DNA of 64,000 nucleotides from Saccostrea echinata (Eukaryota): NCBI RefSeq assembly GCF_033153115.1, contig NW_026889758.1, positions 8,060,001 to 8,124,000 of the forward strand, read 5' to 3'. Shown piece by piece: positions 53,579 to 64,000 of this stretch (position 1 is its first letter; each line of letters starts with the position of its first letter). The notes under the pieces were generated by a model. It saw only the letters and a program-made list of their open reading frames with translations, ran no database searches and was not told where the DNA came from. The position numbers and the translations under genes were made by a program.

Positions 53579-56500
53579 TCATCTGTTGGTTGGACAACAG
53601 CATTGGTGGTTTGTCGAATGATAAAAACATCCCAGGCATTGGTGGATGTTCTGAACCTGGAAGCAGTCCTCTGTGAAAACAACGAAGAATATTCATTTTA
53701 ATATTTTCAAATAAATCTTCATATTTATTGGTAAAAACCATACAAGGCTCTCCAATTTTGCTAAAACTTTGTGGACAGGTTACACTATTCACAAGTACTG
53801 TATATCTCAGTACCGGTCTTGAAAGTAAGTTTTCCCCTGTAAGATCTTCCCCCAAAAACTCAGTGGTTCTAAGTATAGAACCCCCAACGTACCCCCCGAA
53901 AATAGCTCTAGAGAGTAGGATTCCCCCAATGCAAATCGAACATCAGAATCAATTTTCCGGGGGGATCTTACTCTGTGTAATTCACCAGAACTATCCCCCT
54001 TATGAAATATGTCTGTATTTAAATACAATGTATGAGGAGGAGGAGGCGACCTGTTCTTACAAGTGTCCCTCTGATATAATTTTTCTACAGTTGATCTCGC
54101 AGTAAACAATCTTAATAAAACTTCACAAAAAATAATCAAAAAGTCTAGTTGTGGATTCATTTAAAATTTTCAAAATAGCGACCAGTTCCATGGAAACATA
54201 CAAGTATATGAAAATTGAAAATTTAAATAGCATTTTTCATGGAAACAGGAACGAGAAATTTTATTTTGACTGGATTTCTCTCGAATTGAATTTCAAACTA
54301 CATGTACATAATATTGATGTGTAGATGTCTCTCTCTGTTTCTTGGGTTTAAATATCCAAAAAACCGCCGTCGCCATGGATCTAAAAATGTGTAAATATTA
54401 AAAAAATTGAAATTTTGCAAAACTTTGAGAGGGCATTTACTTTCTGCTTTCAAATCCGGTATTACATTGCTGGGGTCGAGTGGGTGAGTGGGGGAATACT
54501 TCTGCTATAGCTTGCACGTGCAATGTTTCTTATACTGTTTTGTTTTTAGGTTTTAGAAAATGTGGAACCTATCAATGATATAATTTTTAGCGTTTTACAA
54601 ACCCTTTGTAAATAGCACCGATCCGTAGATAAAATACCAGGCCGGTAGAGAGTAAACATATTTAATCTCTAGAGATGGCTGATATGAAGGTATAAATGTT
54701 TAATCGTTATGATATATTATTACATTTTTCCATAATGGAAGACAACTTCTTTATATACCCCCCCCCCCTTCAGGAAGTTATCCAATACAATGAAATACCG
54801 GTTTTGTAGAGTAGGACTTCTCCCATAGCCAGCTCCCCCCTGGAATCTGTACTCTAGAGTAGGATTTCTCCGTAGGGGAAATCTCACAATAGAGCCAAAT
54901 TCCCCCTCTTTCTTTCTCAGAGTAGGATTTCCCATCTTTTACACATTTTTGGTTCCATGGCAACTGCAGCTATTTTGGATATTTAAACACCTGGGCCCGT
55001 TTTACAAAAGAACTTACGACTAAGACCAAAATTTAATTCTGCTCATAACTTTCTAATTTACAAGAAATTTAAAACGGAATGTTGAGAGATATTTAACGTA
55101 GCAAATTTGAACAGAATCAGGAATTTTGCAAAATTTTAAAATGAGCTAAAATTTTTGGTCTTAGTCGTAAGTTCTTTTGTAAAACGGGGCCCAGAAACTT
55201 AGAGAGACACATACATATCAATAATATGTAAATGTAGTTTGAAATACAATTGGAAAAAATCAATTTAAAGTAAAATTCCTTTTTGTTTCCATGGATACAG
55301 TTGAAAATTTGTCCAACCGATTACATTGTACCATTTTTTTTTTCAGAAACGAGTTTCACCAGATGAAAATTTAAAATTTTAATGCTTCAAAAGTTACTGA
55401 GAAAAATGAGATTTAAAATTTTAATTTTTCATATGTCGTATGTTTCAGAGGAACTGGTCTCCATTTGAAGAAGGGACACTTGTAACAATGTGTCGCTCCC
55501 TAAGTACAGCCATGATATTTCATTGGGGGAAAAATGGCTTCGGGGGAAATCGCACTCTATGACTGTTAGTAACACAGAGTAGGATTTCCCACCCGAAAAA
55601 TTGAATCTGAAATGGGATTTCCGTGGGGGAAATCCTACCCTAGAAACATTTTTCCTTGTGGGAAATCCTACCCTACAGCCAGTTTTCCAGGGGGAAATCC
55701 TACTCTACAGCCAATTTTCCGAGGGGGGGGGGGGGGGTCGTACTCTAAAGTAAGTTTTCCGGGTGAAAAGATTTTAGGGGGGAAAGCCTTCTCTACAAGA
55801 CCAGTATTTCACAATTACTCACCTACATGTAAGCTGACGCCGTTTCTCCATTTTCTATACTTCTTTCAAAATGAATTCTCACTGATAAAAAGCTGGTAAT
55901 TTCGTTTTTAAAAACTTTTCTAGCTTCCAAGTTAACAACAATGTTTATATGCTTTTGAATTGGAAGCATTTATTTAAAGTAGACAGGCAAGTCTGTATCT
56001 TATGTATTATTCAGCGAACACTTTCTATGAAATGATGATCATTCACTCAAAATAATATAAAATAGGGAAAACATGTTGAATTCATTTGCTTTGAACCATT
56101 TGCAATAAAGTTAAGTACGGACTTGTTTAGTCTTGATTAAACGGAATAACTCTTTTTTTATATTACTCAGTTGCACTTATGGATAATTTTTGTTTGCAAT
56201 AGAAAAATAATATTTAAAAAAAATTATAGAATATAACTAGGATTTTGAAATACTCCTAAAATAACTGGATTGAATTATGCATGACAAGTTTACAGGCGTT
56301 GCTGTCATTAGCGAGGTTAACATTACTGCAAATGTCAGTTTGCAGTGGAAAATTTTCTGCCAAAAGTAGAGCCTCACTATTAAAAAATTTATCAAATCGG
56401 AATTATATAAGATATTTTTTGAAGTAATAAAACGCATGTCCAATGTCTGAATAACTAGTAGATTTATTTTTAATTATTCTTTTAAATTATTTTTTTCATG

Positions 56501-57049
56501 TTAAACTGTCAAAACATATTTCAGAATAAAATTTCATTTATCTTAATTTTTTCAGAAAGAATGTTCAAATAAATTTTCATGAAATGAAATTAAATATATT
56601 CTGTGTTAACATTGTTTTCCATTCGAGTAAAACGTTGCCGATGTTATTGTCCGATTTTCACATAATGAAAAAAGATTTAAAAATGAATGTAGTTTACATT
56701 ATTCAATTGCTGCAACAAAATTCTACAAACTAGCATAAACATCAAAACAATTTTATATCCCATATTACTTTTATGCAAGAGAAATATTTCAATGAAAATA
56801 TCAAAGAAAAATATATTAAGTATTTTTCTTACGTGCTTGGTCAGTATTTGATTCGTCTGGAAAAAGGAAACCTTTTAAAAATAATCAGAATTAAGTTTTA
56901 CAAGTGAAAATTTTCTCATTGCAAAAGTACTAATGATAAAAGTAATTGTAGAGTAAATAGAAGGTTGTTTCCGACTTACTTGCGCACTGAACGGACAATA
57001 ATGCATAGCAACTGAGAAGGAAAACACAGAAAATAAACCCCTGCTTCAT
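53579..57049 (-). CDS. Small secreted cysteine-rich peptide, paralog B
   Basis: Exon 57049-56980: MKQGFIFCVFLLSCYALLSVQCA|gtaagt (signal-peptide-like; upstream in-frame ATG at 57058). Exon 56856-56833 (ttccag / gtaaga): NESNTDQA. Last exon 53670-53579: DCFQVQNIHQCLGCFYHSTNHQCCCPTNR*. All phase 1. AATAAA at 53530-53525. Additional middle exons are possible. Confidence 0.65.
53808..54385. mobile_element. Truncated MITE, inverted copy of the 54792-55810 family
   Basis: Blocks such as GACCAGTTCC, ACAAGTGTCCCT and TTTAAATATCCAAAA are reverse complements of blocks in 54950-55490. Confidence 0.7.
54792..55810. mobile_element. Non-autonomous DNA element with a nested palindromic Harbinger-like MITE (~54994-55191)
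   Basis: TIR GAAATAC(C/T)GGT(T/C)TTGTAGAG, flanked by ACAAT direct repeats, with subterminal GGGGAAATCCTAC repeats. Nested GGCCCGTTTTACAAAAGAACTTACGACTAAGACC inverted repeat flanked by CTG/CAG. Confidence 0.8.
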
Positions 57050-58179
57050 CTTGAACATGTCCAGCAGATGAAATGTTTATCTTGTTTCTTTCTTTTTATT
57101 TAAAGAATTTTGTAATCCAAAGTTTTCCAACATTAACATAAAGCTTTCCAACCTACCTTTGATTAATTTAAAATTAGACTAAGTTGTGTTTAATAGGATA
57201 CCTTAATTTAATTGTAAAGGCCCAAAAGGAGACCTTGGAAAGTAGCCCCTGAAACTGCTAACCTATTAACAACATTTGTTTGGTTGTTTGGCATTTCTGG
57301 CTAACTTATCTTATTTAAGAGCAACATTCCAATGTATACAATATACGTGTATTTCATTCTTTAATTCATTCAATATCACAAAAACTAGAAGAAACTCCAT
57401 AAATTCCTGCTGCTGATATAAAAAGACATGTCCTTTTTCTACAACCTTAAAAAAAACCCTGCCTTTAATCACACATTTCACCAAAATCTCAGTAAATTCA
57501 TAAATATCTTTTTGGTGGTCAAGTAGAGGGACATAGAAACATGGGGTACAAAGACAATAATGGAACTTATAAACATCCATTTAGCTTAGGAAATAATAAA
57601 GTAACACAAAATCGAGAGGGAAAAGTCAATGTTTCTGTGTCAGAAACATCAAAATATTTAACATCAAAATATTTATTAATTTATTTACTTATTCTACTTT
57701 TCATTTTACTTTTCAGCAGACTTGAAACAATAGAAAACTTTCAACTTCTCTTTTGCTTTAACATTTAAACTTTAAATGATTAAGAGATTAAAATTATTTA
57801 AAAAAAAAAAAAAAATCTTCACGATAACGATATTTTCGTTGTGAAAATACACTTGACATATTAATGAATGATAAAAATATTTTAAAATGATGTTGTCACA
57901 TACGAGGTTTGAAGAAAAGCTTAGTTTTATTAAGACAAGATTAATTAAAAAATTGAGAAGCGGGGGTATATATTGATGGGGCATCCGTCTGTACGTCCGT
58001 TACGATTGGGAGTTGCCACTCCTCATCCGACACTCCTTCTTTTACAGAATCTTTATTACTTAGTGTCAGTGTGCACCTCTTATTTTGCTTTTGATCGGAC
58101 ACATATTTATGGTTTCCCATAGCAAATTATGGACTGCCATTCTTTTTTATAACACAGGGTGTACTCATTTCTTATTCAC

Positions 58180-59030
58180 AATTCTTTCTGATTGACATTA
58201 TCTATGTGGTTTTTGGAGACCAGGTCTTCCAACAATCTATTGGAATTCCCATGGGTACCAATTGCGCCCCGTTATTAGCAGACCTATTTTTGTATTCATA
58301 TGAAGCAGAATTTGTTCAGAATCTTACACTTGAAAAGAAGAAAACACTTGCTGTGGCCTTCAACTCGACATTTAGATATATCGACGACGTATTGTCAATT
58401 AACACTGGTTATTTCCATTCATATGTCAATACGATATATCCCGGTGAGCTTGAAATAAAAGATACCACAGAGTCTGACACCTCTGTTTCATATTTGGATA
58501 TTTTACTAAAAAAGGCGTTAGTGGTAATCTAACAACCAAGCTTTATTATAAACATGATGACTTTAACTTTTCAATCGTCAACTTCCCTTACTTATGCAGC
58601 AATATACCTTCATCACCTGCATACGGGATTTATATCTCTCAGTTGATTAGATACGCAAGAGCATGCTCTACGTATGAACAATTCCTAAAACGAGGAATGT
58701 TATTGAAAAACAAGTTGATGAAACAAGAATATCAGCAGTTCTATGGTCGAAAAATGAAGTTGTAAGCAAATACAATTTATCATAAAGTCAAAGTAGTTTT
58801 TCATACTAATTGTTAGGCCATTATTTACACACTGAATTGTTGACGGATTTTCCCGTTATTTCCCGATCATGACAAGGAGCACACGGCGGGTGTGACCGGT
58901 CGGCAGGGGATGCTCACTCCTCCATGGCACCTGATCCCACCTCTGATGTTTTAGAGGTCCGTGTTTGCTCTGCTCAAAAATTCGTGTTGTTTAATGAACT
59001 TTTTAGCTTGAATATACTGTTCGTTATCTC
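58180..59030 (+). mobile_element. Penelope-like retroelement 3' part (RT without C-terminal endonuclease, Naiad-like layout)
   Basis: QQSIGIPMGTNCAPLLADLFLYSYE, FRYIDDVLSIN, SYLDI, then frameshifted SNIPSSPAYGIYISQLIRYARACS. 5'-truncated. Confidence 0.85.
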
Positions 59031-59059
59031 CATGTATTTCATTCCTTTACCACTGAATT

Positions 59060-59345
59060 AAAACTAATGAGACTTTCAAAGAATCTTTATTACGTAGTAC
59101 CATTGTGCGGCTCTTATTTTAATTTTCGATAGGACAGATGTTTGGGGTTTCCCATGGGAAAACATGGATACTGTCATTTTTTCTATAAGATGGAGGGGTA
59201 CCCATCTCTTATCTGCAACTCCTGCTATACCGCTAAATAAAATTTAATGAGACTTTCACAGAATCTTTCTTACATGTACATAGTGCCACTGTGCATATCT
59301 TATTTTATTTTTCGATCAGACAGTCATTGGGGTTTCCCATTTCAA
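59060..59345. repeat. Local ~180-bp diverged tandem duplication
   Basis: AATGAGACTTTCA.AGAATCTTT...TTTTCGAT.GACAG...TGGGGTTTCCCAT at ~59066 and ~59246. Confidence 0.7.
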
Positions 59346-61872
59346 AAAATGTACTTTGCCATTATACTCATATGGGAACAAGGGTATTATTTTGTGAGCT
59401 TAGTGGTCACAGTACCTCTAGTTAATTTGAGTAGATACCTATATGTCAATTTCATCTTTAACCTGTGGAAGTTGGCAGTAGCAGTTACCAGTGGCAATTA
59501 GTGTTGCCTCGTGAGGAATTCCATGCATATACTAAAAGCAAATTCATATTCATTTGAAAACGCCTTACATTTTAACCCAGGAAAACTTGGCACGTGCTGT
59601 TTTTCTCCTATATGTCAACTAGATATAGAGGTCAATGTCAGTTTGAAATTTGTCTTATTCACCATTATCAACTGTACAGGGGAAGTCATTACAAAAGAGG
59701 TATACAAGAGATGGATTAACACTAAATAACTTACATTTGTCCCTGATATAATTGTCACAGAAAATTCATTTATCAAAGTCTAGCTTTGATACTTTGAATT
59801 AATGAAATAAAATGTAAATAAATTATACTCTGAATTAATGGAATTTTTCATTATCAAATACCTTGACCGACTATTGATCGAATTCCTGTCGGCAAGTAAC
59901 CTTGAATAATCTTTTAATGTATCTTATATATTACGTGTCAATTATCATATTTAATCCTGTAAAATACTCGTTTTTTCATGAAACACATTAGATAAAATCA
60001 TAACTCTATATAGTTACAGATTTTAAATGCAAAAATAATTCCCATTCTACTAAAGTTACACAAAAAGCAGAAAAAGAATGTACTCAACATGCAATAAGTT
60101 TTGCAGACTCCCATGATAAAAATTCATTTGTCAGAATTATAGAAATAAAATGATTATAGGTTGTCTACAATTGCTTCACAAAAAAGAGCTACATATATTT
60201 TTTTAAGAATGTAAATCCTTTCAAGCCTGAAACTTACACTTGAGAAATAAATTGTGATGGTTATTTTCCCATGTTACAGAAAACAAAGAAGTTCTTGAAT
60301 ATTCTGTGAACAGTTATTCAGACTTTACTTACACATTTCTCTTTTTAAAGAAGAAAAAGTTCATTTATTTAATGATTAACTTGTCCGATAGACTTATACG
60401 CGTTTCAGAATTATTTCTTTTTCAAAATAAATGAATAAATAGAAAAAAAGAAAAGAATAATTGATTAATTATTTAATTATCTATAATTTGAGATTTACAC
60501 TTGCATAATAAAAAGTGAAATGATGATTTGAAAAGTGAAAATTTCTCGTCTTTTTATTTATATATTAGAAACATGAAGGGGCCTGTCTAAGATATCTGCA
60601 TGAAGCTCGTGAATTAACAAACACGTGTTCAACTTTATGTTTATATTCAGTACCAGTGCACTCACCTTAAAAGACCTTTAATTTCCTTTCAAAATTCAGT
60701 AATTTTTTTTTCTTTAAAAAAATCACTTGTTAATATCAGGAAGGAGATTTACAAAACTCGTCATTTAAACGTCCTAAATAAAACTGGAGTTAAATAACCA
60801 TTAAACACAAAATAATAATAATAATGATAATAAAAATAATTTTAAACTAAATAAAATTCCTGATTTTTCACAAGGATACTTCTGTTTTTTATCCCTTCGC
60901 AACGAAGGTGTGAGTATGTCGTTGAGTGGGTAGTGGTTGAGTGCTTGCTTTACGGAGTTGACAATTTATATCAGGATCAATTTGACATTTGCTGCCTTGC
61001 TGAATTGAATATTTGTTTTAATTCTTACTTCTTTTTCGTAATTTTTGTATTGCAATCATAGAGAAACAATCATACCAATGTAAATTATGTAAATAAAACA
61101 TGTGATTTGATATCTTAACGTTATTGTTTTTTTAATAGGAATATATAGGGTTGTGTGCAATCGGTTTGGACTTCAAAAGAGAAAGACTCTAAGTCTTTTC
61201 ACTGTTGTTTGTTAAAATCAGAAATACTCTGTCACTAAATGTTGTTGCAGATATTTATATTATGAAATATATGGAGATAACGAACAGTATTCAAGCTCAA
61301 AAGTCCATTATACAATACAAAATAAGAGCAGAGCAAACACGGACCTCCAAACATCAGAGCATATCATTTTTCTGCAGAAAAAGTATTTCTCTTCCAAAAT
61401 TATTTACTTTCAATTTACGTTATAAATTACAAATGAACTTAGTATATGACATATTTTTCTTTAAAAATTGAATAAATTAAAAGGAACTCACTAGAACATT
61501 TTCATGCTGATATATTTTATTAGTCATAACATTTAAGAATAAGCATAATATAATAAATAATAGAATATTTATCTTAAATATATTAATGAGTATTGCACAA
61601 TTAAAACAGGAAAATATTGCAAGATAGAGAAAAGGGTCAAAATAAGTGGATGATAGAAATGAAACCGTTTTCAAATGGCTGAAGAGGAAAATGTTTCAAA
61701 AAAAGTTCAAATTAGCGTGTTTAAATGTTTCTTGCAACACTTTCGCTGTCAGTCTGAAGGGTTGCAGTCCGTATTGAGATGAATAATTTCAATGGTCTAC
61801 AAAGGTAGAATCGGTTCGTGATCAGGACAAACTGGTCCGCCGTCGGTATTGTCTGTAGTCTGTTAGGTAGCA

Positions 61873-62908
61873 TTAAACAGCGCAGCAACACATGTGTTTA
61901 GAGTAGTCGTAGAAACAACCCTGACAATGGAAGCGGTTAAATTCTAGCTTGCAGTCATCTGCAAGATGTAAAATCAAAATATAAATAATTATAAACATGT
62001 NNNNNNNNNNNNNNNNNNNNNNNNNNNNNNNNNNNNNNNNNNNNNNNNNNNNNNNNNNNNNNNNNNNNNNNNNNNNNNNNNNNNNNNNNNNNNNNNNNNN
62101 NNNNNNNNNNNNNNNNNNNNNNNNNNNNNNNNNNNNNNNNNNNNNNNNNNNNNNNNTTAACTTTAGTACCAAAAAATCAGTATTTTAACTAAAATTAAAA
62201 AAAAAAACATTTTTATTGAAGAAGATATTACCCGGAACAGTGATTACAAATTATAATGAGAAAAAGACAGTGATTGCCATTAAAACAATAAAAAATAATG
62301 TTTTTTTTTTTTTTAAAATAGATCCTTTTTTTATGTCTTTTGACAATCAGAGAAGAACTTACAGAGGATATTAGGAGTCGAACTAGTACCAACAATATTA
62401 GCACCGGCTTGTATGCCAACTTGGTCTTCCAATCCGATGTCTTTTAACACCCCTATAAAAATGAAATAAAGAAAGGCATCAAGAGGATTTAAATGACTAT
62501 TTGCTTCTAAATTAAACAGTTAAACACATCATCATCATTTTCTATTTACCTTGAGCGATCGTTTCAGGGACTTTTTGCTCCACGGGTTGTGGAACTCTTT
62601 GGATTGCTGAAATTGATGTAAATATTTTATAAAAATCATATTCAAGAAACCATTTTGTTTATTTCTACAATTTCAAGAACTTATTTTTTATTACAGAAAC
62701 TGTAATATTTTCATATATATGTACGAATATCTATATCTTCTTCAGATAAAGATTTGGAAAATATATCTTGATGCCATAATAAAAATTAAAATTTGAAGGA
62801 CGATTATAAGAAAAGAACCATCTAATTTCTGCTAAAAAATAAAACCCAGAAATACTTACATGCGGCGTACACATATCCTACAAGAACAAGAAGGAGAAAG
62901 ATCTTCAT
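61873..62908 (-). CDS. Small secreted cysteine-rich pre-pro-peptide, paralog A (93 aa from the visible exons)
   Basis: Exons 62908-62860, 62606-62550, 62452-62363, 61958-61873, all GT-AG phase 1: MKIFLLLVLVGYVYAA-SIQRVPQPVEQKVPETIAQ-GVLKDIGLEDQVGIQAGANIVGTSSTPNIL-YDCKLEFNRFHCQGCFYDYSKHMCCCAV*. The N gap lies in intron 3. Confidence 0.8.
62001..62156. other. Assembly gap (156 N)
   Basis: Run of N. Confidence 1.
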
Positions 62909-62986
62909 ATCTATTGTGTTGAAGATTAACAAAAGTCAAGTCTTTACGATCAAAACACTGGTTTGACAGAAGTGAATGAAGCCTGC

Positions 62987-62994
62987 TTTATATA
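62987..62994 (-). promoter_or_regulatory. TATA box of peptide gene A
   Basis: TATATAAA on the minus strand ~80 nt upstream of the ATG at 62908. Confidence 0.6.
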
Positions 62995-63601
62995 GGATTG
63001 TTGCAAGCCCTTGGTTATGTGTACAAGACCTCGTGGGTCGCATGATACGGTAAACCTAGCTTTCAAATTTGAGAAATCATGCCCTATTTTGATATGATTT
63101 AAGGAAACATTCCACCGATACTTTTGAAAACAAGGATTAAGATATCATTACTAACCTGTTATCGCAGTTTTTGGAAGAATGTTTACAAGAAATTGACATG
63201 ATCTTTGACGAGTTCTTAATGGCTTTAGAGGGGGATGGGAACCGGGTTGGAATTGACTGAGCTGTCTACAGGAAAGGGACAAAACTAATGACGACAGTTT
63301 TGTATTGTTGATGTCGTCGTGATGTAGAATCAAATCCTTTAAGCTGCTGTGTTTCTTTTAATACAATCATCGAAAAACAGTTGGATAGATAACACCAATT
63401 ATGACATAAAATCATTTCCTGTATTAAAAAAAATGAAAATAAACATTATCTGACAAACATACAATAAAAAGATCGTTTAAAATTTATCGTTAGAGCTTTT
63501 ATTCCTTACTGATGATTTTTTTTTTCATTTTTGTGATTTTTTTTTTCATTTTTAATAAGTACCTGGTTAATTTTATGATGTGTTGCATATTATCAATTTA
63601 A

Positions 63602-63917
63602 GGACAGACGATACGTTCCTCATTAATATATAATTTTTTCCAAGATTTTGTCATTGAAGTATTGCTACTTTAACATGTTTACTCGCAAAAAATTAAGGTA
63701 CCTTACCAGGCTTTTGTGCAAGATACCAGAGGATGGTGTTTCCTATATAATCCTTTTGGGAAAAACTTTATTTGCCAATATCACACTTTTCTGTGTTTCG
63801 ATTATTTCAGGACAATAAGAAACCTGCTAAGAAATCAGATGGTAGTTAAAATTTTGAATATTTTTATACATTACGAAGATTTGCAAAACAGATATTCGAG
63901 GAACGTATCATCTGACC
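63602..63917. mobile_element. Non-autonomous Kolobok-type MITE (316 bp)
   Basis: TTAA TSD at 63598-63601 and 63918-63921. TIR GGACAGACGATACGTTCCTC vs GGTCAGATGATACGTTCCTC (18/20). Termini resemble those of the 728-5116 element. Confidence 0.85.
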
Positions 63918-64000
63918 TTAAATCAAACATAATGAAGAAATTAGAAATTTTAAATAACATAAAATGTTTATGTATAAACAATTTTGAGAATGATATTGTC

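Noticed and set aside
53568-54160. ORF-track proteins of 95-125 aa
   Set aside because: They run through a MITE. The credible coding frame at 53579-53670 is a different one (the Cys-rich exon).
55821-56356. Possible extra middle exons of peptide gene B (56356-56294; ~55880-55822 with a GTGAGT donor)
   Set aside because: The first would create TAG when joined to the last exon, and the second ends in an in-frame stop or the wrong phase. Neither can be supported without transcripts.
63151-63350. Exon-like segment (plus strand FLEECLQEIDMIFDEFLMALEGDGNRVGID*, or the 60-aa minus ORF)
   Set aside because: No recognisable homology and no partner exons that I can link in phase.

Overview
AT-rich, intron-rich animal DNA. 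The repeat content (Helitron-type elements carrying ~168-bp satellite arrays, a tRNA-derived SINE with a (CAAT)n tail, Penelope-like RT fragments) suggests a bivalve, probably an oyster; this is inference only. All gene models were reconstructed by hand from splice signals and phase continuity. Main contents: (1) 728-5116, an apparently intact DNA transposon with 16-bp TIRs and TTAA target-site duplication (Kolobok-type ends). It carries an 8-exon, 902-aa gene fusing a DDE transposase to a DEDDh 3'-5' exonuclease and sits just upstream of, probably inside, a decayed DIRS-type retrotransposon. A 316-bp non-autonomous relative lies at 63602-63917. (2) 17900-46285 (+), a complete 29-exon long-tailed class I myosin (MYO1E/F-like, 1105 aa) with a U12-type intron. 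Eight of its exon-intron junctions, including one at each of six consecutive exons (10-15), are tandemly amplified in 2-17 copies. The functional splice site is always the exon-proximal copy and the rest form a trail of decoy sites in the intron. (3) Two tandem minus-strand genes (61873-62908 and 53579-57049), not recovered as genes by the ORF track, encoding small secreted peptides that share a C-X8-C-X-G-C-F-Y-X4-H-X-C-C-C terminal domain I cannot assign to a known family. The rest is MITEs, LINE/PLE fossils and satellite-bearing Helitron-like elements, with an assembly gap at 62001-62156.
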